From Scyliorhinus canicula (Eukaryota), in assembly GCF_902713615.1 (NCBI RefSeq), contig NW_024055479.1, forward strand, positions 310,001 through 374,000: a stretch of 64,000 nt of DNA, given 5' to 3'. Within the stretch, counting starts at the first letter, position 1. Each line of letters starts with the position of its first letter. The notes below the pieces were generated by a model. It made no database searches. It was not told the DNA's origin and saw only the letters and a list, made by a program, of their open reading frames with translations. A program made the position numbers and the translations under genes. Of this stretch, positions 1 to 12,549 are shown one piece after another.

Positions 1-75
1 GACTAGGTGGATTGGCCACGCTAAATTGTCCCTTAATTGGAAAAAATAAATTTGGTACTCTTAAATTTTTTAAAA
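1..75 (+). mobile_element. 3' fragment of HE1/V-SINE-type shark SINE
   Basis: ggtggattggccacgctaaattgtcccttaattgg core followed by A/T-rich tail; same core recurs in many copies in the window. Confidence 0.75.
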
Positions 76-3000
76 AATGTCTGCCCTGTGAACGACCATA
101 AATTGTATCAGGCTGAGCCTGGCACATGATGAGGACGTATTGACTCTGCTCAAGGCATCCGCCCACAGACCTGCCTCTATCCCTCCCCAGAGCTTCTCTT
201 CCCATTTGCCCTTTAGCTCCTCTATCTGAGTTTCCCCCGACTCCATGAGATCTTTGTAGATAACCAATACCTTTCCCTCTCCCACCTTTCATAACGTTTA
301 AGAGGCTTCTGACTTTGGCCGTAAGTTGCCTGCCCTTCACAAACCCCGTCTGGTCTTCCCTCATCACCTCAGGGACACAGCCCTCTAGCCTTGAGGCCAA
401 TATGCTGGCCAACAGTTTGGCATCCACGTTCAATAGGAAGATTGGCCTATATGACCCGCATAGCTCAGGGTCCTTCTCGCACTTCAGGATCGAGGCCTGT
501 GACATTGTTGGGGGAAGGGCACCCTGCTCCCTTGCCTCATTAAATTCCCTCACCAGCAGCGGGCCCAGCATCTCCGAGAACTTCTTATAAAATTCAACTG
601 GGTAGCTGTCCGATCCCGGGGCCTTACCCAATGCCTGGCCCCCAGCCCCTCTACTATTTCTTCAATTCCAATCGGGGCTCCCAACTCCTCCACCAGTCCT
701 TCCTTCGGACTTCAACTCACCCAGAAACTGCCTCATCCCCTCTACCCCAGCTGGGGTTCTGACTCATATAACTTGCTATAAAACTCCATAAACACCCCGT
801 TCACCCCTGCTGGGTCCAAGACCGGGTTCCCACCTCTGTCCTTCACTCTTCCAAGCTCCCTGGCCGCCTCCCTTTTCCTCAGCTCGTGCGCTAGCATCGT
901 ACTGGCCTCACCATACTCGTATACCGCTCCCCCCTCGCCTTCCTCAGTTACTCCTCCGCCTTCCCTCCAGATAACAGCTCAAACTCCATTTGTAGCCCCT
1001 GCCACTCCTTCAATAACCCCGCCTCCGGGGCCTCCGAATATGTCCTGTCCACCTGGAGTATTTCCCCAACTACCCTGTCCCTCTCTGCTCGCTCCACCTT
1101 TTCCCTATGGGTCTGTATCGACATTAACTCCCCCCTAACCACTGCCTTCAGCGCTTCCCAAACCGTTGCTGCCGAGACATCCCCCGTCTCATTTATTTCC
1201 AAATAGTTCTGGATAGATTCCTTCACCCGCCTGCACACCCCCTCATCCGCTAACAGTCCCACACCCAACCTCCATTGCGGGCGCTGCCCTCTCTCCTTAC
1301 CCGTAAATCCACCCAATGTGGGGCATGGTCCGACACAGCAATTGCCGAATATTCGATATCAACCACCCCCACCAGCAGAACCATGCTCAGAATAAAGAAG
1401 TCGATCCGGCAGTACGCTTTGTGCACATGGGAGAAAAAAAGAAAATTCCTTCACTCTTGGCCGTCCGAACCGCCGCGGGTCTACCCCCCTCCCCCCCCCA
1501 CAATTTACTCCATGAACCCCTTTAGTTCCTTTGCTACAGCAGGCACCCTCCCTGTCGTTGACCTCGAACCCCCCACCTCACCATGATGAACTTGCCCCCA
1601 CGTCCACCACTATTCTCCCTGCCTCAAATGCCACCCGTTTGTTGATCAGGATAGCGACCCCCCTAGTCTTAAGAGTCCAGCACTGAAATGAAATACTTGG
1701 CCGACCCATCCCTTCCTCAATCTGGTCTGATTTATTGCTCTCAGGTGTGACTCCTGTAACATTGCCACGTTCGCCTTCAATCCCTTCAAATGTGTGAACA
1801 TGTGAGCTCTCTTAACCAGCCTATTCGGCCCTCTAATGTTCCATGTACTGATCACCCTTCTTAGGCCAGCCTCCAGCTCGCGTCCCTCAACTCCATTGGC
1901 CCACCTTCGGGCATCCACTGTCCTCGACCTCCCCTTTTGTCTCTCAGCAATAGTTTCTCCTCTGTCAGCAGAGCAGCTCCCTCTTCCCCCTCCGCCCCAC
2001 TATTAGCAGCACAAGAATCCCAACCCCCCTGAACAAACTTACCACCTGCTCACCACCCCCCCCCCCCACTGCACTTCCGTGATTTAGCCCACCGAGCCTG
2101 GTAACCCACCCATGGCGCCAGACATCCTACCCCATCCCCCCGCTCGAACATACATATTCAAAACATCACAGTCCCCAATCAACACACAGTAGAAAAAATC
2201 CCTCCACCATCTACCTACTGAAATAAAGTTAACTTACAAATCTAAACAACGGCCTAAAAAACTGTTACACAGAGAGCACTGCATATACAGATCAAAACTA
2301 AGGAAACTTTGTGAGAAAAGCACTTTTCCAACGTGAAAGCACTTTTCCTAAAAAACTACTGAACTTTGATGCAAACAGGTTGTTAAAATGCTTATTCGCC
2401 GAGAAAATCAGCTTTCTGCCAAAAAAAGACTGTTTGGCAAAAATAGTGAATTTTGATTGAAAGCAGGTTGTTAAAATGTTATGAAGCAGGTTGTTAAAAT
2501 TCGCTGCCAAAATCACTTTACTGACATCAAAGAACAGAATCAATACCGCAATGCCCTCCCCCAAGGTTCAATGTCCTCAAACTCCTGCGAGCCGTTTGTC
2601 TTTGATAAAGTCCATCGCTTCGTCCGGTGATTCAAGGTAAAGTTCTTGGCCCTCAAACGTGACCCACAGACGCATTGGGTATAACCCAAACTTCACCCCT
2701 GCTTGAAGAGGGCCGATTTTACCCTATTGAATCCAGCTCGTCTTTTGGCCAGTTTCACGCCCAGGTCCTGGTAGATGCGCAGCTCACAGTTCTCCCACTT
2801 GCAGCTCAGTGTCTGCTTTGCCCACCGCAAAATCCGCTCCTTATCCAGGAAGCGATGCTTTCGCACCCAGATCACAATTGGAGGTTCATATCGCTCGCGG
2901 CTTACTCCCAAGCGCTCTATCTACTTCCAAGGGTCGAGAAAACGCTCCATCTCCCATCAGCTTTTCCAGCATATTTGTCACACATGCCCTTGCGTCCGAC

Positions 3001-3225
3001 CCTTCACTGCCCTCCAGGAGGGCCGACAATCCTCAGGTTCTGTCTCTGGGACCTGTCTCCCGGTCCACCCGCAACTTTTTCTGGTGGTCCCTCATCAGCT
3101 CCACCTCCACCTCCACCTCCAAAGCGGTTAAATGGTCCTCGTGCTCAGCCACCTTCTGGATCGCCGGTCCATGGGCTTCCAGTCCCTGTTCCACCCAATC
3201 AATCCTTGCCTTAATTAGGTTGCCT
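76..3225 (-). mobile_element. Decayed L1-clade LINE (ORF1 and fragmented, internally deleted ORF2)
   Basis: ORF 2693..2911 has L1 ORF1-type text (KERILRWAK...LRIYQDL...RRAGFNRVK); 1646..1918 has endonuclease N-terminus (STWNIRG...MLQESHL); 948..1316 and 70..285 resemble the ORF2 copy at 22.5-26.4 kb; frameshifts and jumps. Confidence 0.85.
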
Positions 3226-3238
3226 NNNNNNNNNNNNN
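3226..3238. other. Assembly gap (13 N)
   Basis: Run of n. Confidence 1.
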
Positions 3239-3952
3239 CTATCTACCAAGTTTATCAGTAACTTAAGCTGTTTCTGCCCCTCTATAGATTTCCTGTAATC
3301 CTCACCACTTGCCTTTCAATTTTGTCACCTGCAAACGTGGGAATCGTACATTTATTTATTAAACATAGTTTGAAATTCATGTATATTACATCTACTGCCC
3401 CCCCCCCCCTCTCTAGCCTTCTAGTTATCACCCAAATAAGGGCAATAAATTTGTCAGGCATGATTTACCCTTCACGAAGCCGTGCTGACTCTGTTGATTA
3501 AATTGTGTATTTCTAAATGCTCAGCTATTAGATCCGTTATCATGGACTCGAACCGTTTTCCACTGACAGATGTTAAGGAAACAGGCCTATAGTTACCTGT
3601 TTTAACTCCCTCTCTTTGAATAAGGGTGTTACATTGGCAGTTGTCCAATCTTCTTGGGGTAAGATGGGAGGAGCCTGGTGTGGAGTTTATACACCAGCAC
3701 AGAAAAGTTGGGCCGAATGGCCTGTTTCCCTGCTGTACACTTTCTGAAACTTTCTAATCCAATGTCCGTAAATTCTCAGGGAAAAGGATTGTGTCCACCT
3801 CTGCTCCGAGCTGGGAAACCGGACAGATCCCAAAGTGGAAAATGGAAACCTTTAAAGTCCAACACAAAACACATTTCTCTCACATCTAACCCGCGGTTCC
3901 ATTGTCTCCGGAATTCCCCATTTTATTGACATTTGTTATACATTTTCTGCAG

Positions 3953-4344
3953 ATCCCAATCCGCGGGAACCGTCCGTCTCTGTCCTCCTGCCCTCGGCTG
4001 AAGACGTCTCCGCTCAGAGATTCGTCTCCCTCAGCTGCTTAGTGAGAGGTTTCTCCCCCCGAGAGATCTTCGTCAAGTGGACCGTCAACGACAAGCCGGT
4101 GAATCCCGGGAACTACAAGAACACCGAGGTGATGGCGGAGAACGGCAATAGCTCCTTCTTCATGTACAGCCTGTTATCCATTGCAGCGGAGGAGTGGGCC
4201 AGCGGCGCTTCTTACTCCTGTGTGGTGGGACATGAAGCCATCCCCCTGAAGATCATCAACAGAATGGTTAATAAATCCAGCGGTAAACCGAGTTTTGTGA
4301 ACATTTCCCTCGCTCTGATGGACACCGTTAATTCATGTCAATGA
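3953..4344 (+). CDS. IGHM: IgM heavy chain C-mu4 exon plus secretory tailpiece
   Basis: Acceptor ttctgcAG 3951-3952; reads [43 protein letters not shown]...[43 protein letters not shown]; C1-set Cys/Trp/Cys, tailpiece with NIS sequon and penultimate Cys; internal donor G|GTAAAC at 4283 for the membrane form. Confidence 0.95.
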
Positions 4345-4371
4345 GAATCTATCAATTGCATTTCGAACTAA

Positions 4372-4386
4372 AATAAAAATAATAAA
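4372..4386 (+). terminator. Secretory IgM poly(A) signals (two AATAAA)
   Basis: AATAAA at 4372-4377 and 4381-4386, about 30-40 nt after the TGA. Confidence 0.85.
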
Positions 4387-4844
4387 GCTTTTTTTCCTCC
4401 ACTTGTGATTTAAATGTACAGCCGCTTAACTAATGGAGCTTCCACTTTGCTGATATTAGATCTGTTCAATGAGACCCGGATTTCTACAGGTCTCAGCCCC
4501 AAGTCTGATACAACCAGTGCTCCCAGCTCAGATACACCCTGGGTTAGAGACAGAGTAAAACTCATTCATTCCAGGATTCAGCAAAATATCTTCATTGTCT
4601 TTCCTCCCGCTGAGGAGAAATCGGACAATTTCCCACTTCAGATAAACAAACCCAGCACATTTAGATCTCGGTGTTCCTGCTTCTCTCATTGTCCATCCCT
4701 TTAAAATTAATGTCAGCTTTAAAATGCTGCATCACACCCACTGGGAACTGAATTGAGGGTCACACAGAAACATGGACCAACAATCTCCGTCAAAGAGTGG
4801 GGAAAGGGAAATTATTAGCCCTCTGTTCCCAGACTTTCCCAACA

Positions 4845-7735
4845 GAGGCGGCGGGCCTTTAGTTACTCCACTGTACCCCCACTTCCACAACAAAGAGAGT
4901 GGGAGGGCCTTTAGTTAATCCACTGTACCCCACTTCCACAACAAAGAGAGTTTGGGAGGGCCTTTAGTTAATCCACTGTACCCCACTTCCACAACAAAGA
5001 GATTGGGAGGGCCTTTAGTTAATCCACTGTACCCCACTTCCACAACAAAGAGATTGGGAGGGCCTTTATTTAATCCACTGTACCCCCACTTCCACAACAA
5101 AGAGAGTGGGAGGGCCTTTAGTTAATCCACTGTACCCCACTTCCACAACAAAGAGATTGGGAGGGCCTTTATTTAATCCACTGCACCCCTATTTTCCCAA
5201 CAGAGAGTGGAGGAGGGGCTTTAGTTAATCCACAGTCCCCCCACTTCCACAAAAAAGGAGATTGGGAAGGGTATCAGTTAACCCACTGTACACCCACTTC
5301 CCCTAGAAAGAGATAGGCGGAGTGACTTTAGTTGATGCACTGTACCACCACTCTCCCCACAGAGAGAGGCAGAGGGCCTTTAGTTAATGCACTGCACCCC
5401 CACTCTCCCCACAGAGAGAGGCAGAGGGTCTTTAGTTAATGCACTGTACCCCCACTCTCACCACAGGCAGAGGCGGAGGGTCTTTAGTTAATACATTGTA
5501 CCCCCACTCTCCCCACAGAGAGAGGCAGAGGGTCTTTAGTTAATGCACGGTACCCCCACTCTCCCCACAGAGAGAGGCGGAGGGCCTTTAGTTAATACAC
5601 TGTACCCCCACTCTCCCCACAGGCAGAGGCGGAGGGCCTTTAGTTAATACACTGTACCCCCACTCTCCCCACAGGCAGAGGTGGAGGGCCTTTAGTTAAT
5701 ACACTGTACCCCCACTCTCCCCACAGGCAGAGGCGGAGGGCCTTTAGTTAATACACTGTGCCCCCACTCTGCCAACAGAGAGAGGCGGAGGGTCTTTGGT
5801 TAATACACTGTACCCCCATTCCCCCCGCAGAGAGAGGTGGAGGGCCTTTTGTTAATCCACTATACTCCCACTCTCCCAACAGAGAGAGGCGGAGGGTCTT
5901 TAGTTAATCCACTGTACCACACTTCCCCAACAGAGAGAGGGAGAGGGGCATTAGTTAACTCACTGTACCTCCAGATCCCGAACAGAGAGGGGAGGGGCAT
6001 TAGTTAAATCACTGTACCCCCACATCCCGAATTGAGAGAGGGGAGGGGCATTAGTTAACCCACTGTACCGCACATCCCGAACAGAGAGTGGGAGGGGCAT
6101 TATTTAATGCACTGTACCCCCACATCCCGAACAGAAAGAGGGGAGGGGCATTAGTTAACCCACTGTACTTCCGCATCCCGAACAGAGGGGGAGAGGCATT
6201 AGTTAATGCACTGTGCCCCCACATCCCGAACAGAGAGGGGGAGGGGCATTAGTTAATGCACTGCACCCCCACATCCCGAATAGAGAGGGGGAGGGGCATT
6301 AGTTAATCCATTGTGCCCCCACATCCCCAGCAAAGAGAGGGGAGGGGCATTAGTTAACCCCCTGTACACCCACATCCCGAAAAGAGAGGGGGAGGGGCAT
6401 TAGTTAATGCACTGTACCTCACTTCAACAACAGAGAGGGGAGGGGCATTAGTTAATCCACTGTACCCCCACTTCAACAACAGAGAGGGGAGGGGCATTAG
6501 CTATTCCACTGTCTCCCCACTTCACCAACAGAGAGAGGCGGAAGGGGCAGTAGTTAATCCACTGTGTCCCCCTTTATACAAAAAAGAGAGGGGGATGAGG
6601 CATTCGGAAATGGCCTGCACCCTAACTCTCTAATAAAGCGGAAGGGACATTAGTTAACCACTGTAACTCCACTTCCACACCAATGCGTGGGGAGTGCAGT
6701 ATTTAATACACCGTATCCCCACTTCCCCACCTAATAAAGGAGGGGAGTTTGTTAACACATTGTAACACACTTTCCCAACAGGGAGAGGGGGAGGGACATT
6801 CGTTAATCCGCTGCACCCCCACTTCGACAACAGAGAGAAACATAGAAACATAGGAATTACAGCACAGAACAGGCCCTTCGGCCCACGATGTGGTGCCAAA
6901 CTTTTGTCCTAGATTAACCTATATCCCTACTTCACCCACAGAGATGGGGAGGGCATTAGTTAATCCACTGTACCCCCACATCCCGAACAGAGATGGTGAG
7001 AAGCATTAGTTAATCCACTGTACACCCATATCCCCAGCAAAGAGAGGGGAGGGGCATTAGTTAATCCACTGTACCCCCACATCCCGAACAGAGATGGGGA
7101 GAAGCATTAGTTAATCCACTGTACACCCACATCCCCAGCAAAGAGAGGGGAGGAGCATTAGTTAATCCACTGTACCCCCACATCCCGAACAGAGATGGGG
7201 AGAAGCATTAGTTAATCCACTGTACCCCCACATCCCGAACAGAGATGGGGAGAAGCATTAGTTAATCCACTGTGCACCCACATCCCCAGCAAAGAGAGGG
7301 GAGGGGCTTTAGTTAATCCACTGTACCCCCACATCCCGAACAGAGATGGGGAGAAGCATTAGTTAATCCACTGTACCCCCACATCCCGAACAGAGATGGT
7401 GAGAAGCATTAGTTAATCCACTGTACACCCATATCCCCAGCAAAGAGAGGGGAGGGACATTAGTTAATCCACTGTACACCCACATCCCCAGCAAAGAGAG
7501 GGGAGGGGCATTAGTTAATCCACTGTACCCCCACATCCCGAACAGAGATGGGGAGAAGCATTAGTTAATCCACTGTACACCCACATCCCCAGCAAAGAGA
7601 GGGGAGGGGCATTAGTTAATCCACTGTACCCCCACATCCCGAACAGAGAAGGGGAGAAGCATTAGTTAATCCACTGTACCCCCACATCCCGAACAGAGAG
7701 GGGGAGGGGCATTTTTTAACCCACTGTACCACCAA
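4845..7735. repeat. About 50-52 bp minisatellite in the C-mu4 to TM1 intron
   Basis: Unit ttagttaatccactgtacccccac...acagaga(g)ggggaggggca repeated roughly 50 times; interrupted around 6590-6930. Confidence 0.95.
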
Positions 7736-7959
7736 TTCAACTAATCCAATCCTCTTATCCGTATGCTAAAACCGATTCCCCATAATCCAAATCCAGACTG
7801 GTGATTGAATTCTCCCTGGGTATCCATTGTTCTTTTCTGAGGCATCTCCGTGTATTTTTGTATTAGCTCACCTGATGTCAGTTTGCAACTCACAGAAAAC
7901 ACATTTACAAGCAGCAAGTTCACCATACTCTACATCGTTACCAATAATACCCACAACTG

Positions 7960-9660
7960 GCAAAGCTACAGGCAGCTGATACAAATACACATACACACAG
8001 TTAAACAGACTTAAACACGATACATACATAGACCCCCTCCCCCACAAATATATACACATGCACACAAACACACACATAGACACACACAGAGAAACACATA
8101 CATGAACATACACCCAGGTCACAAATTCGATCCCGGCTTTGAGTCACTGTCCGTGTGGAGTTTCCACATTCTACCCGTGTTTGCGTGATTTTGCCCCCAC
8201 AACCCAAAATATGTGCAGGCTAGGTGGATTGGAGACTCTAAATTGCCTCTTAATTGGACAAAAATGAACCACACATATATTGTCACAAGAACGCACGCGA
8301 ACGTGTACAGAAATGCACAAACATGCACACAAACACAAAAAAACACACGTTTATACTCACACAGACACACTGGCACATACACACACAAATATACGTACAG
8401 AATCAAGCACACAAGCATACACAAACATACACATATACCCACATGTTTACAGAGATACACAAAGGTGCAAACGCAAACATATAAAACCAGACAAGCAGAC
8501 TAACATCAGAATATGAAACACCAATGTAACCAATAACATATACAATCGCACAATTTCATGACGACAGAAGTATAGAATTAAGGACAGAGACAATAATCCA
8601 CATTAGCACACTTATGGGTACACATAGACACATGTCCGCAGACTCGTACATAAGTTAACATGAATGTACATTGGTGCACATGGAGACATCAATGCACAAG
8701 TAATAGATAGTTAATAACAACCATCAACGCATACATAGTACTGCTGCCTCCCAGCGCCAAAGGTCAAGTTCAATTCCAGCCTTGGGTGACTGTGTGGAGT
8801 TTGCACGTTCTCTCGTGTCTGCGTGGGTTTCCTCCGGGTGCTCCCGTTGCCTCTCACAGTCCAAAGATGAGCAGGTTAGGTGGAGTGGCCATGCTACAGT
8901 GTCCATTGCCCCTTAGTATTCAAAAGGTTAAGTGAGGTTATTAGGTTATGAGGGTAGGGCGGGGGCGTGCACCTCGGTCGGGTGTTCTTTCAGAGGGTCG
9001 GTGCAAGCTCCATGAGCCGAATGGCCTCGTTCTGCATGGTCCGATTCTACGATGATGATTCTATGATGTAACACACACGCTTATCCAGCCACAAACATTA
9101 AGACACTGACATGCATGTTGAACACGCAAAAGGACACAATAACACACACTACTAGGCAGGAAAGGATAAACAAATATTAACACAGGCAGTAATATATAAA
9201 CATAGACTTCAACACATAAACATACACAATAACACACTCATACTAAGGCAGCAGAGAAGCGCAGTGGACAAATTCGATCCCGGCTCTGAGTCACTGTCCG
9301 TGTGGAGTTTCCACATTCTACCCGTGTTTGCGTGGATTTTGCCCCCACAACCCAAAATATGTGCAGGCTAGGTGGATTGGAAACTCTAAATTGCCTCTTA
9401 ATTGGACAAAAATGATTGTGTACGCTAAATTTATGAAAACAATAAATAACACATTCATATACACATTGATAGAAGATAAACAAAGTATACATACAGGCGC
9501 TGACACACAAATACACAGATCAGTACTCATTAGCACATGAACACACACAATGCCATTTTTACATACATCTGGACACACAAAAGAAGAGTATCGCAAAACA
9601 TGAGATCCTCATCCACACAGACACAAATGCTAAAGAACAAACACAAATTTCAGGCAAGTG
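7960..9660. repeat. CA-rich low-complexity intron with SINE fragments
   Basis: acac-rich sequence; SINE pieces at 8121-8266, 8735-9060, 9268-9416. Confidence 0.7.
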
Positions 9661-9830
9661 GCGGCATGGTGGCGTAGTAGTTAGCACTGCTGCCTCACGG
9701 CGCCGAGGACCTGGGTTCGATCTTGGTCCTGGGTAACTGTCTGTGTCACGTGAGTTTGACCTCCACAATCCAAAGATGTACAGGGTAGGTGGATTGGCCA
9801 CGCTAAATTTCCCGTAAATTGGAAAAATAA
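9659..9830 (+). mobile_element. HE1/V-SINE-type SINE
   Basis: tRNA-like head (tagttagcactgctgcctcac, gggttcgatc B-box) plus ggtggattggccacgctaaatt core. Confidence 0.8.
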
Positions 9831-9995
9831 AATTACAGAGATCGGTTGTTGAGCGTCACGAACTCTACAGTAGTTATGCAATGAAAAATATATTAGAGAA
9901 TGAATGATCAGATAAAGAAAATTAAATGAGAATATTAACAATATATCCTAGATTAATAAACAATTTAACATATTTATTGGGCTCTATCCTCGTAG

Positions 9996-10123
9996 ATACC
10001 ACAGACCACACCTGGACTGAAGACTATGAGGATGATAACGGAAACATCTGGACAACCGCTTCCACATTCATCACCCTGTTCGTCCTGAGCATTTCCTACA
10101 GCGCTGCAGTCACTCTGGTGAAG
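9996..10123 (+). CDS. IGHM: IgM transmembrane exon TM1
   Basis: cgtAG acceptor, phase matches C-mu4 internal donor; DTTDHTWTEDYEDDNGNIWTTASTFITLFVLSISYSAAVTLVK with antigen-receptor TM motif; donor GTGAGA at 10124. Confidence 0.93.
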
Positions 10124-10261
10124 GTGAGAAGATTCAATCCACTCACACATCAAACTGATAGAAGCCTTTTAAAAACCCAAAATGTTTGATTGATTAAAAA
10201 CTTTAACATCAGTGTCCCAGATCATAAACATCTGCTTCATCATTTTCTCTCTCTTTTACAG

Positions 10262-10270
10262 ATCAAGTGA
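10262..10270 (+). CDS. IGHM: IgM TM2 exon (Ile-Lys-stop; cytoplasmic tail KIK)
   Basis: Polypyrimidine tract, tacAG 10260-10261, then ATC AAG TGA. Confidence 0.88.
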   Translation: MK

Positions 10271-10519
10271 TCGGTTGACGTTCGGACGCTGTAGATTTAC
10301 CTCAGCTGTTTATTATGATCTGTGTGTGACAGAAATACAATATCTCCTCTAGGTGACTCTAACAGTAAAATTCTCTGATTATTATTGTGCATCTGTAACT
10401 GAGACAATCATGGACAGTATTTCTGTTTTCAGTTTGAAATGTACGAGCTATAATTGTAATATAATTGTAGCTAATAATTTCTCTCAATGTCATGTCTAAA
10501 TAAGTAACTTACCTCGTTC

Positions 10520-11866
10520 ACTGTTTAAAAAGGGGGGTATGCAGAGAGCAGGAAATTATAGGCCAGTGAGCTTAACTTCGGTAGTAGGGAAGATGCTGGA
10601 ATCTATCATCAAGGAAGAAATAGCGAGGCATCTGGATAGAAATTGTTCCATTGGGCAGACACAGCATGGGTTCATAAAGGGCAGGTCGTGCCTAACTAAT
10701 TTAGTGGAATTTTTTGAGGACATTACCAGTGCAGTAGATAACGGGGAGCCAATGGATGTGGTATATCTGGATTTCCGGAAAGCTTTTGACAAGGTGCCAC
10801 ACAAAAGGCTGCTGCATCAGATAAAGATGCATGGCATTAAGGGTAAAGTAGCCTCATGGGTAGAGGATTGGTTAATTAATAGAAAGCAAAGAGTTGGGAT
10901 TCATGGGTGCTTTTCTGGTTGGCGATCAGTAGCTAGTGGTGTCCCTCAGGGATCCGTGTTGGGCCCACAATTGTTCAGAATCTAAATAGATGATTTAGAG
11001 TTGGGGACCAAGAGCAATGTGTCCAAGTTTGCAGATGAGACTAAGATGAGTGGTAAAGTGAAAAGTGCAGAGGATACTGGAAGTCTGCAGAGGGATTTGG
11101 ATAGGTTAAGTGAATGGGCTAGGGTCTGGCAAATGGAATACAATGTTGACAAATGTGAGGTTATTCATTTTGGTAGGAATAACAGCAAACGGGATTATTA
11201 TTTAAACAATAAAGTATTAAAGCATGCTGCTGTGCAGAGAGACCTGGGTGTGCTAGTGCATGAGTCACAGAAAGTTGGTTTACAGGTGCAACAGGTGATT
11301 AAGAAGGCAAATGGAATTTTGTCCTTCGTTGCGAGAGGGATCGAGTTTAAGGCTAGGGAGGTTATGCTGCAATTGTATAAAGTGTTAGTGAGGCCACACC
11401 TGGAGTATTGTGTTCAGTTTTGGTCTCCTTACTTGAGAAAGGACGTACTGGCACTAGAGAGTATGCAGAGGAGATTCACGAGGTTAATCCCAGAGCTGAA
11501 GCGGTTGGATTACGAGGAGAGGTTGAGTAGACTGGGACTGTACTCGTTGGAATTTAGAAGGATGAGGGGGGATCTTATAGAAACATTTAAAAATATGAAG
11601 GGAATGGATAGGATAGATGCGGGCAGGTTGTTTCCACTGGCGGGTGAAAGCAGAACTAGGGGGCATAGCCTCAAAATAAGGGGAATTAGATTTAGGACTG
11701 AGTTTAGGAGGAACTTCTTCACCCAAAGGGTTGTGAATCTATGGAATTCCTTGCCCAGTGAAGCAGTTTAGGCTCTTTCATTAAATGTTTTTAAGGTAAA
11801 TTGTTTTTTAAAGAAAAAGGGATTAAGGGTTATGGTGTTCGGGCCGGGAAGTGGAGCTGAGTCCAC
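10520..11866 (+). mobile_element. 5'-truncated CR1 LINE (host element; its 3' end resumes at 16458-16548)
   Basis: RT text YLDFRKAFDKVPH, VPQGSVLGP, KFADE in ORFs 10539..10985 and 11001..11771; 3' UTR breaks at gagtccac and continues aaaagatcagccatgatc...(ttcttatg)n. Confidence 0.9.
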
Positions 11867-12298
11867 TTTGCATACGTGCAGTGCGGTCAGCCTAAGTTGA
11901 AGGTGAACCTGCGAAGAAGACCCAAGGAGTTTGAATAAAGGCAAGCAACCAGCAGAGGGCAGCAGAGCAGAGCTACTGATCAGCTGTTCTGGGGAAATTT
12001 GCATACGTGCAGTGCGGTCAGCCTAAGTTGAAGGTGAACCTGCGAAAAAGACCCAAGGAGTTTGAATAAAGGCAAGCAACCAGCAGAGGGCAGCAGAGCA
12101 GAGCTACTGATCAGCTGTTCTGGGGAAATTTGCATACGTGCAGTGCGGTCAGCCTAAGTTGAAGGTGAACCTGCGAAGAAGACCCAAGGAGTTTGAATAA
12201 AGGCAAGCAACCAGCAGAGGGCAGCAGAGCAGAGCTACTGATCAGCTGTTCTGGGGAAATTTGCATACGTGCAGTGCGGTCAGCCTAAGTTGAAGGTG
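11867..12298 (+). repeat. 131-bp monomer x3 plus partial, CR1 5' UTR
   Basis: tttgcatacgtgcagtgcgg starts at 11867, 11998, 12129, 12260; units near identical. Confidence 0.95.
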
Positions 12299-12549
12299 GT
12301 TTGTGGAGGGGCTGTTGGCAAGTGACAGTTAAACCCGAAACACTTTGTGAGTGTTTCCCACCCTACCTCCTCCTCTAACCAACCCCCCCCCACCCCACGG
12401 TGGTTGGGAAGCGGGAGCAGGGGCCTGTCGTGAAGGTGAGTGAGTGCCTTTAAATTTGCTTACCTTTCAGCGGGATCAGGGTTTGAGGTAATATCAGGTA
12501 AGCTCTTCCGTTCTTTTTCTTTTTCTTGTTTTTTTTTAATCTAGAGGGG

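Noticed and set aside
2290-2545. AT-rich insert with three gcaggttgttaaaat-like motifs inside the first L1
   Set aside because: Falls in the variable inter-ORF region of a decayed L1; no terminal repeats or TSD seen.
4261-4269. Possible loss of a glycosylation site in C-mu4 (NRM, where I recall NRT in other shark IgM)
   Set aside because: Rests on memory of homologues and cannot be verified here; NSS, NKS and NIS sequons remain.
4845-7735. Class-switch region or RSS array (CACTGTA in each unit)
   Set aside because: It lies 3' of C-mu4 rather than 5' of a constant gene, is not AGCT-rich, and has no convincing nonamer at 12 or 23 bp (best is ACAAAGAGA at 13 bp).
7868-9600. Cys/Val- and His/Thr-rich ORFs (also 26620-27212)
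   Set aside because: Translation artefacts of CA/TG low-complexity intron sequence.
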